NCBI GenBank assembly: GCA_965649215.1
Contig: CBFGJZ010000029.1
Location: forward strand, 1-19,482
From: a candidate division WOR-3 bacterium
GTDB taxonomy: Bacteria > Hydrothermota > Tepidihabitantia > Tepidihabitantales > CAIPLT01
Direction of reading: 5' to 3'
Length of the DNA: 19,482 nt
The notes under the pieces are model-generated. The model was not told the origin of the DNA and did not search any database. It worked only from the letters and a program-made list of their open reading frames with translations. Shown here piece by piece: positions 18,599-19,482 of the stretch (position 1 is the stretch's first letter; the number at the start of each line of letters is the position of its first letter). A program made the translations under genes and the position numbers.

Positions 18599-19294
18599 AT
18601 GCTCAATAAACAATCAATTACCGTTCATGATTTACCCAAAGAAGAAAGACCCCGAGAGCGACTCAAAAGATTTGGCGCGGAAGCATTATCTCAACAAGAA
18701 TTATTAGCCATCATTATTGGCAGGGGTTCACCAAACAAATCTGTATTAACCATTGCGCAAGATCTTCTTGTGAAGTTCAAAAATATCCAGACCATCAGTC
18801 AAGCCACCGTTGAAGAATTATCTCAAGTTGAAGGCATTGGTGAAGCAAAGGCATTACAAATCAAAGCCTGTTTTGAACTTGCGCGTCGGCAGGACTTAAA
18901 TAAAGATGTCTTATTAGAAAATTACCTTGAAAACTCAAAAAGTGTGATTGAATTAATTCAAAACCAACTCAAAGATAAGACCAAAGAACATTTCAAACTT
19001 ATTATGTTAAATACCCGCAATAAAGTCATAAACATTGCTGACATTTCTACGGGCACCTTAAATGCCAGTTTAGTTCATCCCCGCGAAGTATTCATTGAAG
19101 CGATAAAACACCATTCTTGTGCGGTAATATTAGTTCATAATCATCCATCAGGTGAAGCTGAACCATCAAACGACGACCTAAAAATAACCAAACGATTAAA
19201 AGAAGCCGGCGAGATCATTGGCATCGAAGTCCTGGACCATGTTATAATTGGCAAAGACAAATATTACAGTTTTAAGGACAACAATCTTATCTAA
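18599..19294 (+). CDS. radC: RadC / UPF0758 JAB-domain protein
   Basis: ERPRERL..GAEALS..ELLAII, HhH GIGEAKA, JAMM motifs HPREVF..HNHPSG..PSNDD and LDHVII. Confidence 0.95.
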   Translation: MLNKQSITVHDLPKEERPRERLKRFGAEALSQQELLAIIIGRGSPNKSVLTIAQDLLVKFKNIQTISQATVEELSQVEGIGEAKALQIKACFELARRQDLNKDVLLENYLENSKSVIELIQNQLKDKTKEHFKLIMLNTRNKVINIADISTGTLNASLVHPREVFIEAIKHHSCAVILVHNHPSGEAEPSNDDLKITKRLKEAGEIIGIEVLDHVIIGKDKYYSFKDNNLI

Positions 19295-19330
19295 TCAACC
19301 AATCATACAAAATAAATTTATCTAATCAAC
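19287..19330 (+). repeat. 13-bp direct repeat TTATCTAATCAAC (two copies, 31 bp apart)
   Basis: Copies at 19287-19299 (spanning the radC stop) and 19318-19330. Confidence 0.7.
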
Positions 19331-19482
19331 ACCAAAGCAAAATCTTGACAAAGAGAGGTTTAAGGATTAACAGAAGTAAATTTGAGGTATATTTAATCAA
19401 TGTGCGTATCAATTGGAGTTCTAAATGTCTAATAATTTAAAGAAATTAAAAATGTTGACATAAGAAAAGTCTAGACAGATGA

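Noticed and set aside
18985-19012. dif site (TTATGTTAAAT at 19002-19012 equals the E. coli XerD arm)
   Set aside because: It lies inside radC coding sequence, and the expected XerC arm position reads AGAACATTTCA, lacking the conserved ATAA end.
1-19482. CRISPR array, IS or transposase, rRNA, recoded stop codons or frameshifted pseudogenes
   Set aside because: No regularly spaced repeats or transposase motifs were seen. All core genes are full length under the standard code, with TAA, TAG and TGA all used as stops.

Overview
AT-rich bacterial chromosomal region, mostly core genes. The DnaK carries the N-terminal insert typical of diderm bacteria; an uncultured lineage such as WOR-3 or another FCB-adjacent group is only my guess. 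Plus strand, left: a 5'-truncated hypothetical ORF, tRNA-Phe(GAA), rpsT, then a four-gene surface-glycosylation cassette (SAM methyltransferase, UPF0104 flippase-like membrane protein, GT4 glycosyltransferase, YfhO-type GT-C). Minus strand, centre: a ~10.9 kb co-directional run, grpE-dnaK-dnaJ-rsmE-rpsU-mutS2-dnaG-rpoD-metallophosphoesterase. Plus strand, right: an MFS transporter and radC. Most interesting signals: (1) the first ORF ends in a helical domain whose residue pattern resembles the rudivirus/Adnaviria (SIRV-type) coat protein, judged from a remembered sequence and unverified; (2) a 12-nt Shine-Dalgarno in front of rpsU, reminiscent of bS21 autoregulation in Flavobacteria; (3) three sigma70-type promoters placed so that grpE, the MFS gene and radC would be leaderless or nearly so; (4) an inverted repeat bracketing the dnaK promoter, with no CIRCE or hrcA visible. 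I saw no CRISPR array, integrase or transposase.
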